Positions 27,740 through 41,042 of a stretch of 64,000 nt of DNA are shown here, piece by piece. Below the pieces are notes generated by a model that was not told the DNA's origin, did no database searches, and saw only the letters and a program-made list of their open reading frames with translations. Position 1 is the first letter of the stretch, and every line of letters begins with the position of its first letter. Origin of the DNA: Octopus sinensis (Eukaryota); NCBI RefSeq assembly GCF_006345805.1, contig NC_043001.1:4216001-4280000 (forward strand). Reading direction: 5' to 3'. A program made the translations under genes and the position numbers.

Positions 27740-28050
27740 TGTCTACAAGTTACATGACAGTCCTACTGTGGATTATGCTTGTTCGTCTACGACGGTGCTG
27801 CTACGCACTAGAAACTATTCCAGACCTTGAGAAAGAGGAGGATATCAGAGTTATTGGTTTTTGGAAACTTTGTCTCTGCAATTATCAGGTTATCTGATCC
27901 CCACAATTATGGTCAATACCTAACGCATAATTATATGCTACGCAGTACCGTGCCCTCGGTCATTTTGGCTCTTGATTGAAGTCAACCGACATTATAGTGT
28001 CCTTTCACTTTGCTACCGCCTATCCTGGAACTCCACTCCTTAGCTATCAC
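27740..28050 (+). mobile_element. CR1/Jockey-group LINE ORF2 3' remnant
   Basis: Broken frames give YKLHDSPTVDYALFVYDG (cf. YK...RPxxEY...W) and WNSTP (cf. LWNSLP). Confidence 0.35.
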
Positions 28051-29085
28051 AAAAAGCATGGTAGGTTACTGAAAACAAATATTTATACATGCCCATTCAC
28101 ATTCCACCAAGCAAATCTCCATGTCCCACGCCCTAAACCGTTTAATATTATCTGTGCTGTCATTTTAAGCATTGAATATGGCCTACAACTCGTAGAGAAT
28201 CTCAGCCGTTCCTAAAAAGCTGGTGGCTTTCCGCTAGCAAGTGTCTCGTGATATAAAACTGATGGTGGTGTAAAAAATTCTTTCAGTGGTCACAAACTTC
28301 TCAAGCTTTTTCGTCTCTAAAACTGAAGCAGGACTATATCGGTCCCTTTACCAATGAACCTCCATCAACAGGGCTGTGTCAACTTTTACTGTTTTTCTAA
28401 ACAATCCCTCTGAAAATGCAAATAAAGAATTTACATTTACTGACCACATTACATCTACATCTATGCTATACAATCTTCCCAAATAGCCTCCAAATATATT
28501 CCCATCCACCCCAAAAGCATTTCCGCTACATACAAACGATTATCTTGAAATGTCCAATTCCAATGCAAATATCTATTTCATCATCCTGAAACGTTACACC
28601 CCAGTAGTTCTATATTCCCCAAACACTTTAATCTCTCACTTTAAATTAGAAGCAAGACAAAGTGCCACCCAGTCGAGACGGATGCAATCATTGTAACCCA
28701 ACCAATATTCGCTCTAATACTCTCTCCTTTAACATCTATTTATCAAAGTTAACTGCCATTAACAATGATGCACTCCAACTCATTGTATGTCTCTCCATGT
28801 CGTAGAGTTTCATTTATTCGGGAATTAGCCACAGAACGTATGTTTTCTGTTCTGCGCAATAGACGACGAATTTAGCTCGTCATCAAATGAGTCGAGATCA
28901 CTAGTAACACACATGTGAGTTCACACATCTGCCCACCGCTCTAGATTAAACAACACTCAAATTAGTGTGTTGCATAACTATGTCAATATGTTTTAGTGCA
29001 ACAGCTATAAAAGTTACTCAGAAATCCAAAACCAATTGTCAGTTTTACATATCGAGTATCAGGTCTTCGTATACCGAAGGAGTGA

Positions 29086-29500
29086 ATAATAAGGAAACCA
29101 AACATATGCTTAATTGAGAAAGAAAACAAACTATGTTGGATCATAGATATAGCATACCCAGCTGACAACAATGTATGCGATAAGGAAGAAAGAAAAGTCG
29201 AGAGATATGACGGGTTAACTTGGGAGGTTAAGCAGTTGTGGTCAATGAAAAAGGTAGTAGTAGTACCAAAAATTGTCGGGGCCCTGGGAACACTGCGCTA
29301 AAATCTCAAGAATTACGTGGAACAAATAGGCGACGCGATAAGGTTGGAGCTCTTGCACAAAATAGCACTGCTTGGAACCGCTCGAATACTCCGTAAGGTG
29401 CTCGAAAAAATGAGAGAGGTTAATTTAGTTCACTAGTAGTGAGGAGCTCACACGGTAGTATTCTCCAGCGTTAGACGCCGTGCAAAGCCAATAATAATAA
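29086..29500 (+). mobile_element. R4/Dong-like LINE 3' end with restriction-like endonuclease domain
   Basis: RKPNICLIEKENKLCWIIDIAYPADNNVCDKEERKVERY...VPKIVGALG...KIALLGTARILRKVL; ends in aataataataa. Confidence 0.85.
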
Positions 29501-29534
29501 ATGCTAGGTTCAGCGAAAGATGCAGATGTGATGC

Positions 29535-30160
29535 AAATATCTAAGAGCATATTATTTACATTTGATGGATATTTGTCCTCATCTTGTTTGTAGTTAACAC
29601 AACGTTTCGGCTGATATAACCTCCAGCTTTCATCAGGTGTCTTGGGGAAATTTCGAACCTAAGTTCTCATTCCTAAGGTATTTTCCGATATTCTTCTTCT
29701 TCTTCTTCTTCTTCTTCTTCTTCTTCTTCTTCTTCTTCTTCTCCTTCTTCTTCTTCTTCTTCTTCTTCTTCTTCTTCTTTTCTTCTTCTTCTTCTTCGTC
29801 TCCTCCTTCTTCTTCTTCTTCTTCTCTTCTCCTCCTCCTCCTCCTCCTCCTCCTTCTTCTTCTTCTCCTCCTCCTCCTTCTTCTTCTCTTCTTCTTCTTC
29901 TACTCCTCCTCCCCTCCCCTTCTTCTTCTTCTTATGCTCCTCCTCCCTCCTCCTCCTTCTTATTCACCTCCTCCTCCTTTTTCTTCTTTTTCTTCTACAT
30001 CTTCTTCTCTTCTCCTTCTTCTTCTACTTCTTATTATTCTCCTCCTCCTCCTCCTCCTTCTTCTCCTCCTTCTTCTACTTCTTCTTCTTCTTTTTCTTCT
30101 TCTTCTTAATATTATTCTTATTATTATTATTGAGGCCACTACTTGGAATCTAAATCGGAA
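29535..30160 (-). mobile_element. Family B SINE, 5'-truncated head, linker expanded to (GAA/GGA)n
   Basis: Tail matches 13002-13135, and the end of the head matches near 30130-30150. Hammerhead at 29596-29641 reads GACAC-CTGATGA-A-AGCTG-loop-CAGCC-GAA-ACGT-T-GTGTT. Confidence 0.7.
29692..30115. repeat. (CTT)n/(CCT)n polypyrimidine tract
   Basis: Direct reading. Confidence 0.97.
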
Positions 30161-30777
30161 GTTCAATGGAATTGAAAGCGCAATTATAAGAACGTGCTTG
30201 CAGGAGATCTATGCATTCTGCTGAAAAAATAATTGAAGATAATTTTAGGATATGCAATGAAACACATTAATATCTCAGTTTTATGAAATTTGGCCTCACC
30301 GCCCCCCACAAAACAAAAAAAAAATCCCCTCCTATATCTAAGTTTACGCACTTCATTTGACAACTCAATGCTGGTGATGTTTACTTGAGTGAAATACGTC
30401 CAGTGTTTGCTCGTTGCATCATTCGAAGACTATTCTTCCTACTAACTTGAAAATTTATTTTGAAGTTCAGAATTAATTTTAAAGCCCGAGTACTTTAAGT
30501 GTGTTTTCAATTTACTACGGGATTTTATTTTTATTTTTATCCAACCAAGTTTGCGCGTTTCAGTCTCTGGTTCAACGTATGAACCATTTTATACAAATCC
30601 ATACCATTAGCACATTTGCATTACTTTTCTTGGCCAATTTTCTTGTTCAATATCACCATAGCTGTCGGAAGCAAACATCTATGTAATAAGCTTTAGCTAA
30701 CTGTTTTCAGTTTTCATGTAGTTACGAAAAGACACTGACACACTTTGGCACTTACACTCTTGAGCTCTAGATCATCG

Positions 30778-31140
30778 AAGGCTGCGAGCTGGCAGAAACG
30801 TTAGCACGCCGGGCGAAATGATTAGCGGTATTTCGTCTGTTGTTAAGTTCTGAGTTCAAATTCCGCCGATGTCGAGTACCAATTACGCACAGGGGTCGAT
30901 GTAATCGGCTTAATCCGTTTGTCTGTCCTTGTTTGTTCCCTCTGTGTTTAGCGCCGTGTGGGTAGTAAAAAAATAGTTATTTCGTCTGTCTACATGTTCT
31001 AAGCAGAAATTCCGCCGAGGTCGACTTTGCTTTCATCGTTTCGAGGTCGATAAACTAATTACCAGTTGCATACTAGGGTAGATCTAATCGACTGGCTCCC
31101 TCCCTCAAAATTTCAAGCCGTGTACTGTAGTAGAAATGTA
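30778..31140 (+). mobile_element. Meta/MESC-like SINE with a duplicated internal unit
   Basis: Head, two copies of the central unit and tail ctaatcgactggctccc. Confidence 0.85.
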
Positions 31141-31559
31141 GAAAGGATCTGTAGATTATCGACGATGTAATGATGTGATAGTTATGCAGAAGCAGAGCAG
31201 CGCTTACATTCGGTTGATAGTAATATTCAACTGAGAATAGTTTTGCAACGTGAATTGCAGTGATTTGCCCAAATAAGCAACGTGTCATGCGATACATGAA
31301 TACAATTTGGGTGTTACTGATCGTCAAGCCAGCACTTCAAATCTATAAAACACAGGTCTTTATTACATATGATATCAGTAACAGCATATCAATAACTGTC
31401 TGATGATTTCAGAGATAGAAGAGATTAATCCAAGTGAGATATGTAGATATGTAATCAGAGATAGACTAGAGTAATCCAGGAGATAAGACATGCACTCAAG
31501 AATTTTAGCCAGAGAACGTTTATTGTTGGGAAGAAAGAGCTTAGTTCCCAACCACTTGT

Positions 31560-31895
31560 AGCCCCAACCACTCTGGAGCACCTTCGGAAAGTGTCTTTTA
31601 CTCTAGCCTCGGGCTGACCAAAGCCTTATGCGTGGATATGGCTGAGTGAAACTAAAAGAATTCCATTGACTATATATATGTATGTGTGTGTTGTTGTGTG
31701 TGTGTGTGTTCGTCCTGCGTCTGTTCTCTAGCGCCGCCTGAAAACTGTGTTGGAGCATTTACCCACCCGCAGATCAGCCCTTTCTCAAAATGGGACCACG
31801 CAATATGTAGTAGGCTTGACAAAAACTACTACAAGGTCAAGGTCAACTCCACTAAAAATTGTTGAACGCGTTGCCCTAGTATGGCCGCAGTGAAA
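31560..31895 (+). mobile_element. Degenerate CORE-type SINE
   Basis: caccttcggaaagtgtc...gggctgaccaaagcc and tail tagtatggccgcagt. Confidence 0.6.
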
Positions 31896-33261
31896 CAAAC
31901 AAAGGATAAAATATGCCTTTAATAAAATGCAAAACTTCCACGGTTATAGCCAGCACAGTAAAGGGTGGCGAATGAGCCAAATCGTTAGAGCGTGAAATAG
32001 AAGGCATTGTTAGTTTCAGTGCATTGTATTCAGTGTGCATCTCATGTGGCTTTTCTGTCTTTCGGGAACCGGTAATTAAACACCAGTGCAGGGCATTAAC
32101 TACTAATGTAATGGAAAATTTGTCGATTCTTTTTAAACAGCAGTCGTCGCTGTTTAGACACGGATCAACCACAGTCAGGGAAGCGTGTAACAAACCGTGA
32201 ATGGGGAGACGTGTGGATTCCATCTATGTCTTCCCTATTTTCCGACGTTAAGTAAATCTAAATCATCTAATGTGTTATGTTCTCACATAAAGCACTTGGG
32301 ATTTAGTAGATATTTCTAGCATGCCAAGGCTTTGAATGGCAATGGACATTGTATTAGTCAAAACTCGACATCTACTCTTCTCTTCGTTTTCTTCTTTACT
32401 ATCTAAATTCTATTTTCTAAGAATTCTTTTATGCTTCTTCCCTTTTCAATCCAAACTTCACATTTCGATAACCGTTGGCTTTTTCAGAAAGATTGAAGAA
32501 AATGTTTTCGTCATTTCCATTCTGATTCTTTGATTTTTCGGGAGAGACAATTTCTTCTTCAATTTATTTCAATCTTCAGGAATGGTTTTACAAATGAGAT
32601 TCTCCATGGTTATATCCGCAGTTCCCAAATCTATTAGTTCAATAAAATCTTTAGAGCAAATGTCACACAATATTCCGTCTTTCTCTTTGATTCTCACGGC
32701 GACTGTCACTCTCAGCGGTTGAGAAACATTAAGAAGATATCCTAAAGGCATTAACGCAATCTTTACACAGAGATCCCCATGTGACACACAAATGGTAAAT
32801 AATTCAAGTTAGTTCTACAACATTAAATTGCATTTTATGAGAGATTTCTCATGTATTTTGGCGGTGGTTAACTCAGGTTTCTGATTTTTCTCATTTTCTT
32901 ATCTTTTATAGGATATCCAAAATTTAGTCATTGCATTTCTCGGCTTTATAACGTTTCAGAATAAATACTATGATACTTTTGTGGGCGGAAAAGAGAGGGA
33001 AGCATTCACCAATATGTGTAGCAGATTACATCCATCGGTCGGTTTAACACTAACACTTGAACCTGCTGGTATTTTAACAATGTCTAAGCTGTTGCACGTG
33101 TTTTCTACTCAGTCGAGGTGGGAGGATAGGATTCAGAGAGCCAAAAGGCATCTCGGCACTAAACTTGATCAAGTTAAGCGTATACATGAAAACATAAATA
33201 ACCTGACGTGTCTGATACTGGTTTCAAATTATGGCTCAAGTCTAGCATGTTCTGCTTAGGG

Positions 33262-33630
33262 GTTAAATCAATTACATCAACTGCATTGCACAATTAATAC
33301 TTGTTTTATCGACCCCGAAATAACTTCGGGGAATTTGAACTGAGAACGTAAGAATGGAGGAAATGCCCGCAGGCATTTTGCACGTTGTTCTAACGATTTA
33401 TATTTCTTTACTACCCACAAGGGGCTAAACACAGAGGGGACAAACAAGGACAGACAAACGATTAAGTCGATTATATCGACCTCAGTGCGTAACTGGTATT
33501 ATTTAATCGACCCCGAAAGGATGAAAGGCAAAGTCGACCTCGGCGGAATTTGAACTCAGAACGTACCGACAGACGAAATACTGCTAAGCATTTCGCCCGA
33601 CGTGCTAACGTTTCTGCCAGCTCACCGCTT
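33262..33630 (-). mobile_element. Meta/MESC-like SINE
   Basis: Same family as 30778 and 37483. Confidence 0.85.
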
Positions 33631-34532
33631 TGTTGTTCTAAGGTTTCTGTCAGATCACCGAAGTAAATGTGTCTGCTATTGCCATTAAGAAAGTAGTCGG
33701 ACAACTTGCCGAGTTGTTCTAGAGTTTTTATTTTATTTTGGAGTTCAAATCACTCGCCAAGCACATATTAGCCGTCTCTTTGTGGCAGTTATACATTTAT
33801 TTACCCGCCCTGGGTCAACTTGCACGTGTACCGCACTGTCATTAAAATATGTGCTTGTGCCAATGGTAGATATAATTCTAATCAATGTTTTTGATTTTGT
33901 AATAAACACAGCAATTTTGAAGGAAGGGCTTGATCGATTCCATCGCCTGCAGTGCTTCACTGCATCTAATTTTATCGACCCCGAAAGAATAAACAATAAG
34001 ACAACCTCGGCGGAGTTTGAATCATAAATTATGGAAATCGGTCACAAGACAGAGGACGATAAACGGTACAAATACAATGAACACAAATTTAGGGACCCAA
34101 CATAAATTAAAATATTGTAACTAAAACAATTCTTTCATCTGGGGTTGCTGTTTGTTGCTGCAGACTTGTCCAGACTTCAAATTCCCTACCACAATCAAAT
34201 ACAAATACATTTACAAAATCCCTGACCCACAGCTGCAGAGACCCCTTATGGACAGCCGTAATTGGAAACACATAAACCATGTTAAGTGCAATGAAATGGT
34301 AACTTTTATTTTTTATATATTTTACTTGTGTCAGTTAGTGAGACTGTGAGAGCACCACCATAAAGGGTATAGTCGAACAAATCTCTACCATGGTTTACTA
34401 TTTAAAGATCCGTACTTATTCTATCAGTCACTTTTAAAGAACCGCCAGGTTACGGGTATGCAACAACGGTTATCACATGGTGACGAAGGACAAAGACATA
34501 AACAATACACAAAGACACACCCATATATATGT

Positions 34533-34573
<41 letters not shown>

Positions 34574-34576
<3 letters not shown>

Positions 34577-34778
34577 GAAGTATATTTGTCACTTAAATGT
34601 GGCTAACCCTTAAGGATGGATACTACTATAACTTGTAGCCCCAGGAAGTCACCTCCTCTTACTGGCTATTGATACACTTTCTGTGCCCTATGCTCTTCCT
34701 ATGTCTTCCTGGGGCTACACGCTACAGTAGCATCCACCCTTAAGCGTTACCACATTTAACTGGCAAATATACTTCACG
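34574..34778. mobile_element. MITE-like element with about 70-bp imperfect TIRs
   Basis: gtgaagtatatttg...gtagccccaggaag vs cttcctggggctac...caaatatacttcac. Related right ends lie at about 50780-50877 and 51085-51187. Confidence 0.65.
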
Positions 34779-34851
34779 ATGTCGTGCAGCTACTGTTTAT
34801 ACCTCGCTTAGATTTATTTATATACATGTATATATATATATATTATATATA

Positions 34852-34951
<100 letters not shown>

Positions 34952-34962
34952 AGTATATATGT

Positions 34963-35127
34963 AGGCGCAGGAGTGGCTCTGTAGTAAGTAGTTTGCTAAC
35001 CAACCACATGGTTCCAGGTTCAGTCCCACTGCGTGGCATCTTGGGCAAGTGTCTTCTGCTATAGCCCCGGGCCGACCAGTGCCTTGTGAGTGGATTAGAA
35101 TAAACACTGGGCTTACAAAGAATAAGT
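34963..35127 (+). mobile_element. CORE-type SINE 5' part
   Basis: Head and CORE-like motif; truncated by the adjacent SINE. Confidence 0.8.
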
Positions 35128-35271
35128 CACCACCACCCCCTGCCGGAGCCTCGTGGAGCTTTAGGTGTTTTCGCTCAATAAACACACACACAACGCCCGG
35201 TTTGGGAATCGAAACCGCGATCCTCCGACCGCAAGTCCGCTGCCCTAACCACTGGGCCATTGCGCCTCCAC
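35128..35271 (-). mobile_element. tRNA-derived SINE, third family, 5' part
   Basis: Reverse complement of the head at 58812. Confidence 0.85.
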
Positions 35272-36105
35272 TGTCGCTGCTGCTGAGATGACTCTTTATG
35301 TTATGTTAATGTCCATAATATAATATATGTTCACATCTGTTGCATTTGCTGACGAGAGGTTTCTCATAACCTATCCATAATGCTGTTAATGCTATTGGTG
35401 ACATTATCATTGCTGCTGCTATTACCGGCGTCTTTATTCGTCTTACACTCTTTATTATTGTTACTGTTGTTGTTGTTGCTGCTTTTATTCACGTCTATGT
35501 TGTTATTAATGTTGTTTTTACTTGTCTCAGTCAAGAATGTTAATATAACAACCATATTTATTCTATCTTTTCTGTCTATAACCAACATATTCATTCGTCT
35601 AACCCACGCCATTTTCGCCTCGTGACAGCACTTTTCAATGGCGTTTCTTGTATTTCAGTATGATTCTTGACAGGTTTGGAAAGCGGTACGTATTCACGCA
35701 ACAGAAGTATTGCAGTATAAAGATCGAACAATTAGTGACATCAAGGTTTAATGGAAAAATTGAGGATTGCTTCCTAAAATCTCCACGTCCATTTTGTTCC
35801 TTGCGTCGTACACAATTCTCTTAACCCTCAGTTCGCAATTACTCACTGAACATTTTCCTGACTAATCAAAACCACCATCGAGCAATGCAAACATAGGCGA
35901 ACACATATTTACTACCATGTAGTTTACACATACAAACACCTAATTACAAGCAAATAACCTCACAAATTATATCAGCCACTTAGTAGAACATACGCACAAC
36001 TGCTCAATTTTACAATAGATACACGGCAATCCTGGGTGACTATGTCCAAATTCCAGTATTTACATGTATGCATGTATGGTAGAGTGTGTATATATATATA
36101 TATAT

Positions 36106-36290
36106 AGGGAGGGTTTACGAAAGAAAAAACAAAAGGCGAAGACAGGTGGTGTATAAAACAAACAGATGTATTAGTATAACGCTCAGGAATAGAACACGTC
36201 TTTTACGTTTCGAGCCTACGCTCTTCTACAGAAAGGGACACAGAAAAAAACAAGGAGAGAAAAAAAAAGTGTCCAGTGGCTAACGATTTA
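36106..36290 (-). mobile_element. Penelope-like 3' terminal repeat, family C, with HHR-like motif at 36198-36239
   Basis: Minus strand reads GTCCCTTT-CTGTAGA-A-GAGC-gtag-GCTC-GAA-ACGT-A-AAAGAC; the 3' end abuts (TA)n. Confidence 0.6.
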
Positions 36291-36552
36291 CCATGGCGAA
36301 TAAAGGCGCTTACAAAAATTCAATTTGGGATGCAAAACTATCAAGTGGTGACAAGGTCGCTATAGCTGCTTTCATATAAACAACCTGTCTACGCTTGCGC
36401 ACTGGCAGATATAAAAATGCACATAAATATCAAAGATATACACAAACTGTATTCTACCTAAATATAGAGATGTACAGTTTACATTTATAGAAATTACGAA
36501 ACGTTTAGACATATACGCTCACATTTATATACAATCATACACATGGTCGAGG

Positions 36553-36890
36553 CCGGTTACAACGACGCGAGTTCCAATCGATCCGATCAACGGAGCAGAC
36601 TGCTCGTGAAATTAATGTGAAAGTGGCTGAGCACTCCACAGATGCGTGTACCGGAGAGATTCTGCGTGACACAATGTGTGACAAGGCTGGCCTTTGAAAT
36701 ACAGGTACAACAGAAAGAGTAAGAAAGATTGTGAGAGAAAAATGTGGTGAAAGAGTAGAGTAGGGTTCGGCACCGGCCCCTGCCGGAGTCTCGTGGAGCT
36801 TTAGGTGTTTTTACTGAATAAACACTCGTCTGGGAATCGAAATCTCGATCCTACAACAGCAAGACCTCTACCCTAACCATTGGGCCTCTA
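36553..36890 (-). mobile_element. tRNA-derived SINE, third family, with an alternative tail
   Basis: Shares cccctgccggagtctcgtggagctttaggtg and the head with 35128 and 58812. Confidence 0.7.
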
Positions 36891-36926
36891 CAGTGACTTA
36901 AACGCGTATATTATACGTATAAACTG

Positions 36927-36957
<31 letters not shown>

Positions 36958-37482
36958 CAACCACAAATACACAGGAACGGGTGTGAAGAAACATCTGTTT
37001 TGCATTAGCTGTTGTATCGATTGGGAAAGTTATTCTGATTTCAACTGATGTCGTTGCTGAAATAACAATAGCATATCGCAGAATGACGAAGTCGGCGACG
37101 CATGCGTGGACGACAATGTCGATGAGGGCGATAACGAGCAATGCGACGTTGCTGTGGCTGCTGCTGCTGCTGCTGTTGCTGCTGCTGGTATTAACAGCCA
37201 TGACGACGAGGACGACAACGATGGAGATAATGGCGGTAAAGATGATGACGACGACGACGACAACTATGGTGACGACGATGATGATAGGCATTCATCTTGG
37301 TTACCTTTAAAATAATCCTCTGTATTATAGGCGCAATATGGATATACGCCCATTACTTATTTGAAGGGAGAGGGTAAGTTGATTACACCGATCCCAGTGC
37401 ATAACTGGTACTTATTTAATCGACCCCGAAAGGATGAAGCACGAAGTTAACCTCGGCGACGATGGTATGAGGTGAAGGTAGT

Positions 37483-38065
37483 AAGGCGGCGAGCTGGCAG
37501 AAACGTTAGCACGCCGGGCTAAATGCTCAGCGGTATTTCGTCTGCGTTACGTTGTGAGTTCAAATTCCGCCAAGGTCGACTTTGCCCTTCATCATTTCGG
37601 TGTCGATAAATTAATTACCAGTTACGCACTGGGGTCGATGTAATCGACTTAATCCGTTCGTCTGTCCTTGTTTGTCCTCTGTGTTTTTAGCCCCTTGTGG
37701 GTAGTAAAGAAATAGGTATTTCGTCTGCCGTTACGTTCTGAGTTCATATTCTGCCGAGGTCGACATCGCCTTTCATTCTTTTGGGGTCGATAAATTAAGT
37801 ACCAGTTACGCACTGGAGTCGATGTAATCGACTTAATCCGTTTTTTGTCCTTGCTTGTCCCCTCTGTGTTTAGCACCCTGTGGGTAGTAAAGAAATTGGT
37901 ATTTCGTCTGTCTTTGCGTTCTGAGTTCAAATTCCGCCAAGATCAGCTTCGCCTTTCACTTTTCAGGGATCGATAAATTAAGTACCAGTTGCATACTGGG
38001 GTCAATCTAATTGACTGGCCCCCTTCCCAAAAATTTCGGGCCTTCTGCCTAGTGTAGATAAGAAA
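37483..38065 (+). mobile_element. Meta/MESC-like SINE with three internal units
   Basis: Head at 37483, units of about 190 bp, and the common tail. Confidence 0.9.
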
Positions 38066-39309
38066 CAATTTATCTTGCTTATAGCAATATGGTTGCAGTT
38101 CAAAAATTCGTACAAATTCCCTTCACGAGTTGACTTCTATTTCTTAATTCCTTTTTTCATTGTACGTTAGTCTGTACTCCCAACTTTCTCACCTGTTCAC
38201 TGGCCTCGTAGAGTCAATCAACAAATGTTTATCATATATTTTGAACCACATGCCCTGTATTATTTACACAATATTAATTTAGTGATTGTACATCAGTAAA
38301 ATCTGGATTGCAGGTAAATAAAATATTTGGAATACTGATTCAGATTATTTTCAAAGAAAACAGCTTACCTGAGAGATACTAACCACATTAAGAAAAATCT
38401 TAAGACAAACTATGAGAGTGGAGACCGCACAGGGAGTATGTGATCGGCTGAAGTATGGCCTTCAATGACGGTGTATCGATCAGCTGAGTGGCCCTTATCT
38501 GGGTGCAATCTAAGATGGTAGTATGAGGAGTGGAAGCCGTTTTCCCACATGTAGGTCACATGGTTAACGTGGAGCATGGCGGTGGTGTTTGTGGTGATGA
38601 CGTTGAAGTTGTTTCTGCTAATGGCAATTTTGGTACTGGCTTGGTTCTGGCTGTGATGCTGATGATGATGATGGAGGCGGAAGTGGTAAGAGTGGGTGAC
38701 GATGATGTCCGTAGCAGAGATGGAGATGTTGATGGCGATGCTGGAGACGCTGGGAATGTTGGAGATGTCGGTGTGTTGTGGTTGGTATGGTGGTGATATT
38801 GATAGTTGTGTGACTGGAAATGGTGTTGGGTTGGTTGTTGTTGCGGTGATGTTGGTGGATATGATGATGATGGTGGTGGTGGCGTTTGTTGTGTTGGTGG
38901 TCGTGGTGTTGGCGATGGTGGTCGTGGTAGTTGTTTACTTAGGATTCATAAAGTGTGAGTGTTGAGAACGAAGTTAAAAGCACGAGAATATAAATGGCAG
39001 CCATGGTGGGAATGGCGAAGGCAACGAGAATGTTGTTAGGGCTGATTAGGATTTTCAATTTTGTAATAATGAGACGATTAATACGAAAAAAATGGCGGTG
39101 AAAATAAAAGGCTGAGTAAGTGGGGAGGAGTGGGGGAAGAAAGTGACAAACAATGCAGACAACTACAACGGTGTCATTGTTAATATTGTTGGGGAAAAGG
39201 TGGAAGATGGCAGCGATAGGATGGTGAAGGTGGAGGGAGTGGGGTGACCGCGATCCTGCGGAGGAGGAGGAGGAGAACATTGATGGAGGTGTAAGTCGGA
39301 GTAGCGTCT

Positions 39310-39645
39310 GTTTGTTACTGCTGCTGCTGCTGTTGCTGTTGCTGTTCACGATCGTGGTAGTGATGGTGACGCATGGTTTTGTGGGTGTTGACGACGATGA
39401 CGACGACGACGAGAATGATGAGGAGGAGGATGGCAGTAATGATGATGATGACGATGACAGTAGCACCGAAAACGACATTAACGTCGACAAAGATGACAAC
39501 CAACAGGCGGAAAAGCATTGCCATGAACACGATACTGATCATAGTGATGATGATGCTGAAGGTGATGATGACGATGTTGATGATGACGGTGCTGAAGATG
39601 AAGATACTAACAACAACAACAACAACAACAACAACAATAATAATG

Positions 39646-39686
<41 letters not shown>

Positions 39687-39756
39687 AATAATAATAGTAA
39701 TAATGATAATGATAATAATAGTAATAATAATCATAATAATGATAATGATAATAATA

Positions 39757-39807
<51 letters not shown>

Positions 39808-39830
39808 TAATAATAATAATAGTAATAATG
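39310..39830. repeat. Compound (GAT/GAC)n-(AAC)n-(AAT)n trinucleotide repeat
   Basis: Direct reading. Confidence 0.9.
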
Positions 39831-40496
39831 CTGGTTGTAGAAGGCGTTGGTGTCGGTGACTGCTGTGTGGTGACTGAGGTGTGGGAGAGGTGACTGGGCC
39901 AGCTGCAATAATGGCGGTTATTGTGATTATAATATTTCTCGTTTTATGAAATAATGGAAACCAGTGGTATCGGAGCGGGGTGTTGAATACACGTCCATGA
40001 TGACTCACCGCACAATAATACGAAGACAATACATTCATTCGGTACTGACACAGAAACCCATTAACATTTACAACGACTCTTTTTTTCCTTTTTTCTCCGT
40101 TTCAAAGTTATTTCTTGTCTATCATCGGTGATCTTTATTATCCTTTTTCAAATTGAGTTTTTGTCGCCTATTTACATTGTGTTCAGTGCGGTATGCTTCT
40201 TCTCCCTCGTTTTTACTTCTTGTCTTTCTTTCTTTCTCTCTTTCTTTCTATCAATCCGTGACTTTGTGTGTGTGTGTGTGTGTGTGCGTGTGTGTGCGTG
40301 CGTAGGTGACATAATCGGTTAGAACAATGAGGATCTGTTTTAGAACAGTAATTTCATGTACCCTGCACCATTCTGCCTTCATTGTATCGTGTATAATAAC
40401 AACGTTAATAACAACGACAACAATAATAATAATAACAATAACAATAATAATAACAATAATAAAAATAACAATAATAATAATAATAATAACAATAAC

Positions 40497-40528
<32 letters not shown>

Positions 40529-40560
40529 TAACAATAATAATAACAATAATAATAATAATA

Positions 40561-40859
40561 CAAAGACCTGGAAATAGAGGTAACTAGAATGTGGAACCTG
40601 AAAACAGAAACAATTCCTATCATAGTAGGTGCATTAGGCATGATAAAAAAATATTCAGACAAATACATAACAAAAACACCAGGACTTACAAACACATATA
40701 ACATACAGAAAATTGCACTACTAGGCACTGCACACATCCTACGCAGAACACTTTCCATACAATAACCATCAGAGCATCACAACAAATCACAGCACATACC
40801 CAAGGCACACAGAGCTGCGCTCGGTAGTGAAGTGAGAGCACGCTATAAAAATAAAACTA

Positions 40860-40862
<3 letters not shown>
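40561..40862 (+). mobile_element. R4/Dong-like LINE 3' end inside (AAT)n
   Basis: Uninterrupted KDLEIEVTRMWNLKTETIPIIVGALGMIKKY...KIALLGTAHILRRTLSIQ* (stop 40763-40765), then a 3' UTR. (AAT)n on both sides. Confidence 0.9.
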
Positions 40863-40954
<92 letters not shown>

Positions 40955-40990
40955 GATAACAATAATAATAACAATAATAATGATAATAAC

Positions 40991-41042
<52 letters not shown>

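Noticed and set aside
32336-32790. Minus-strand Cys-containing ORF (CDICSK) as a gene or viral insert
   Set aside because: Stops in all frames nearby; at best a decayed LINE ORF1-like remnant, not supportable by eye.
38500-38940. GGT/GAT-rich stretch as a Gly/Asp-rich coding exon
   Set aside because: It is a cryptic trinucleotide repeat continuous with flanking microsatellites, with no splice context.
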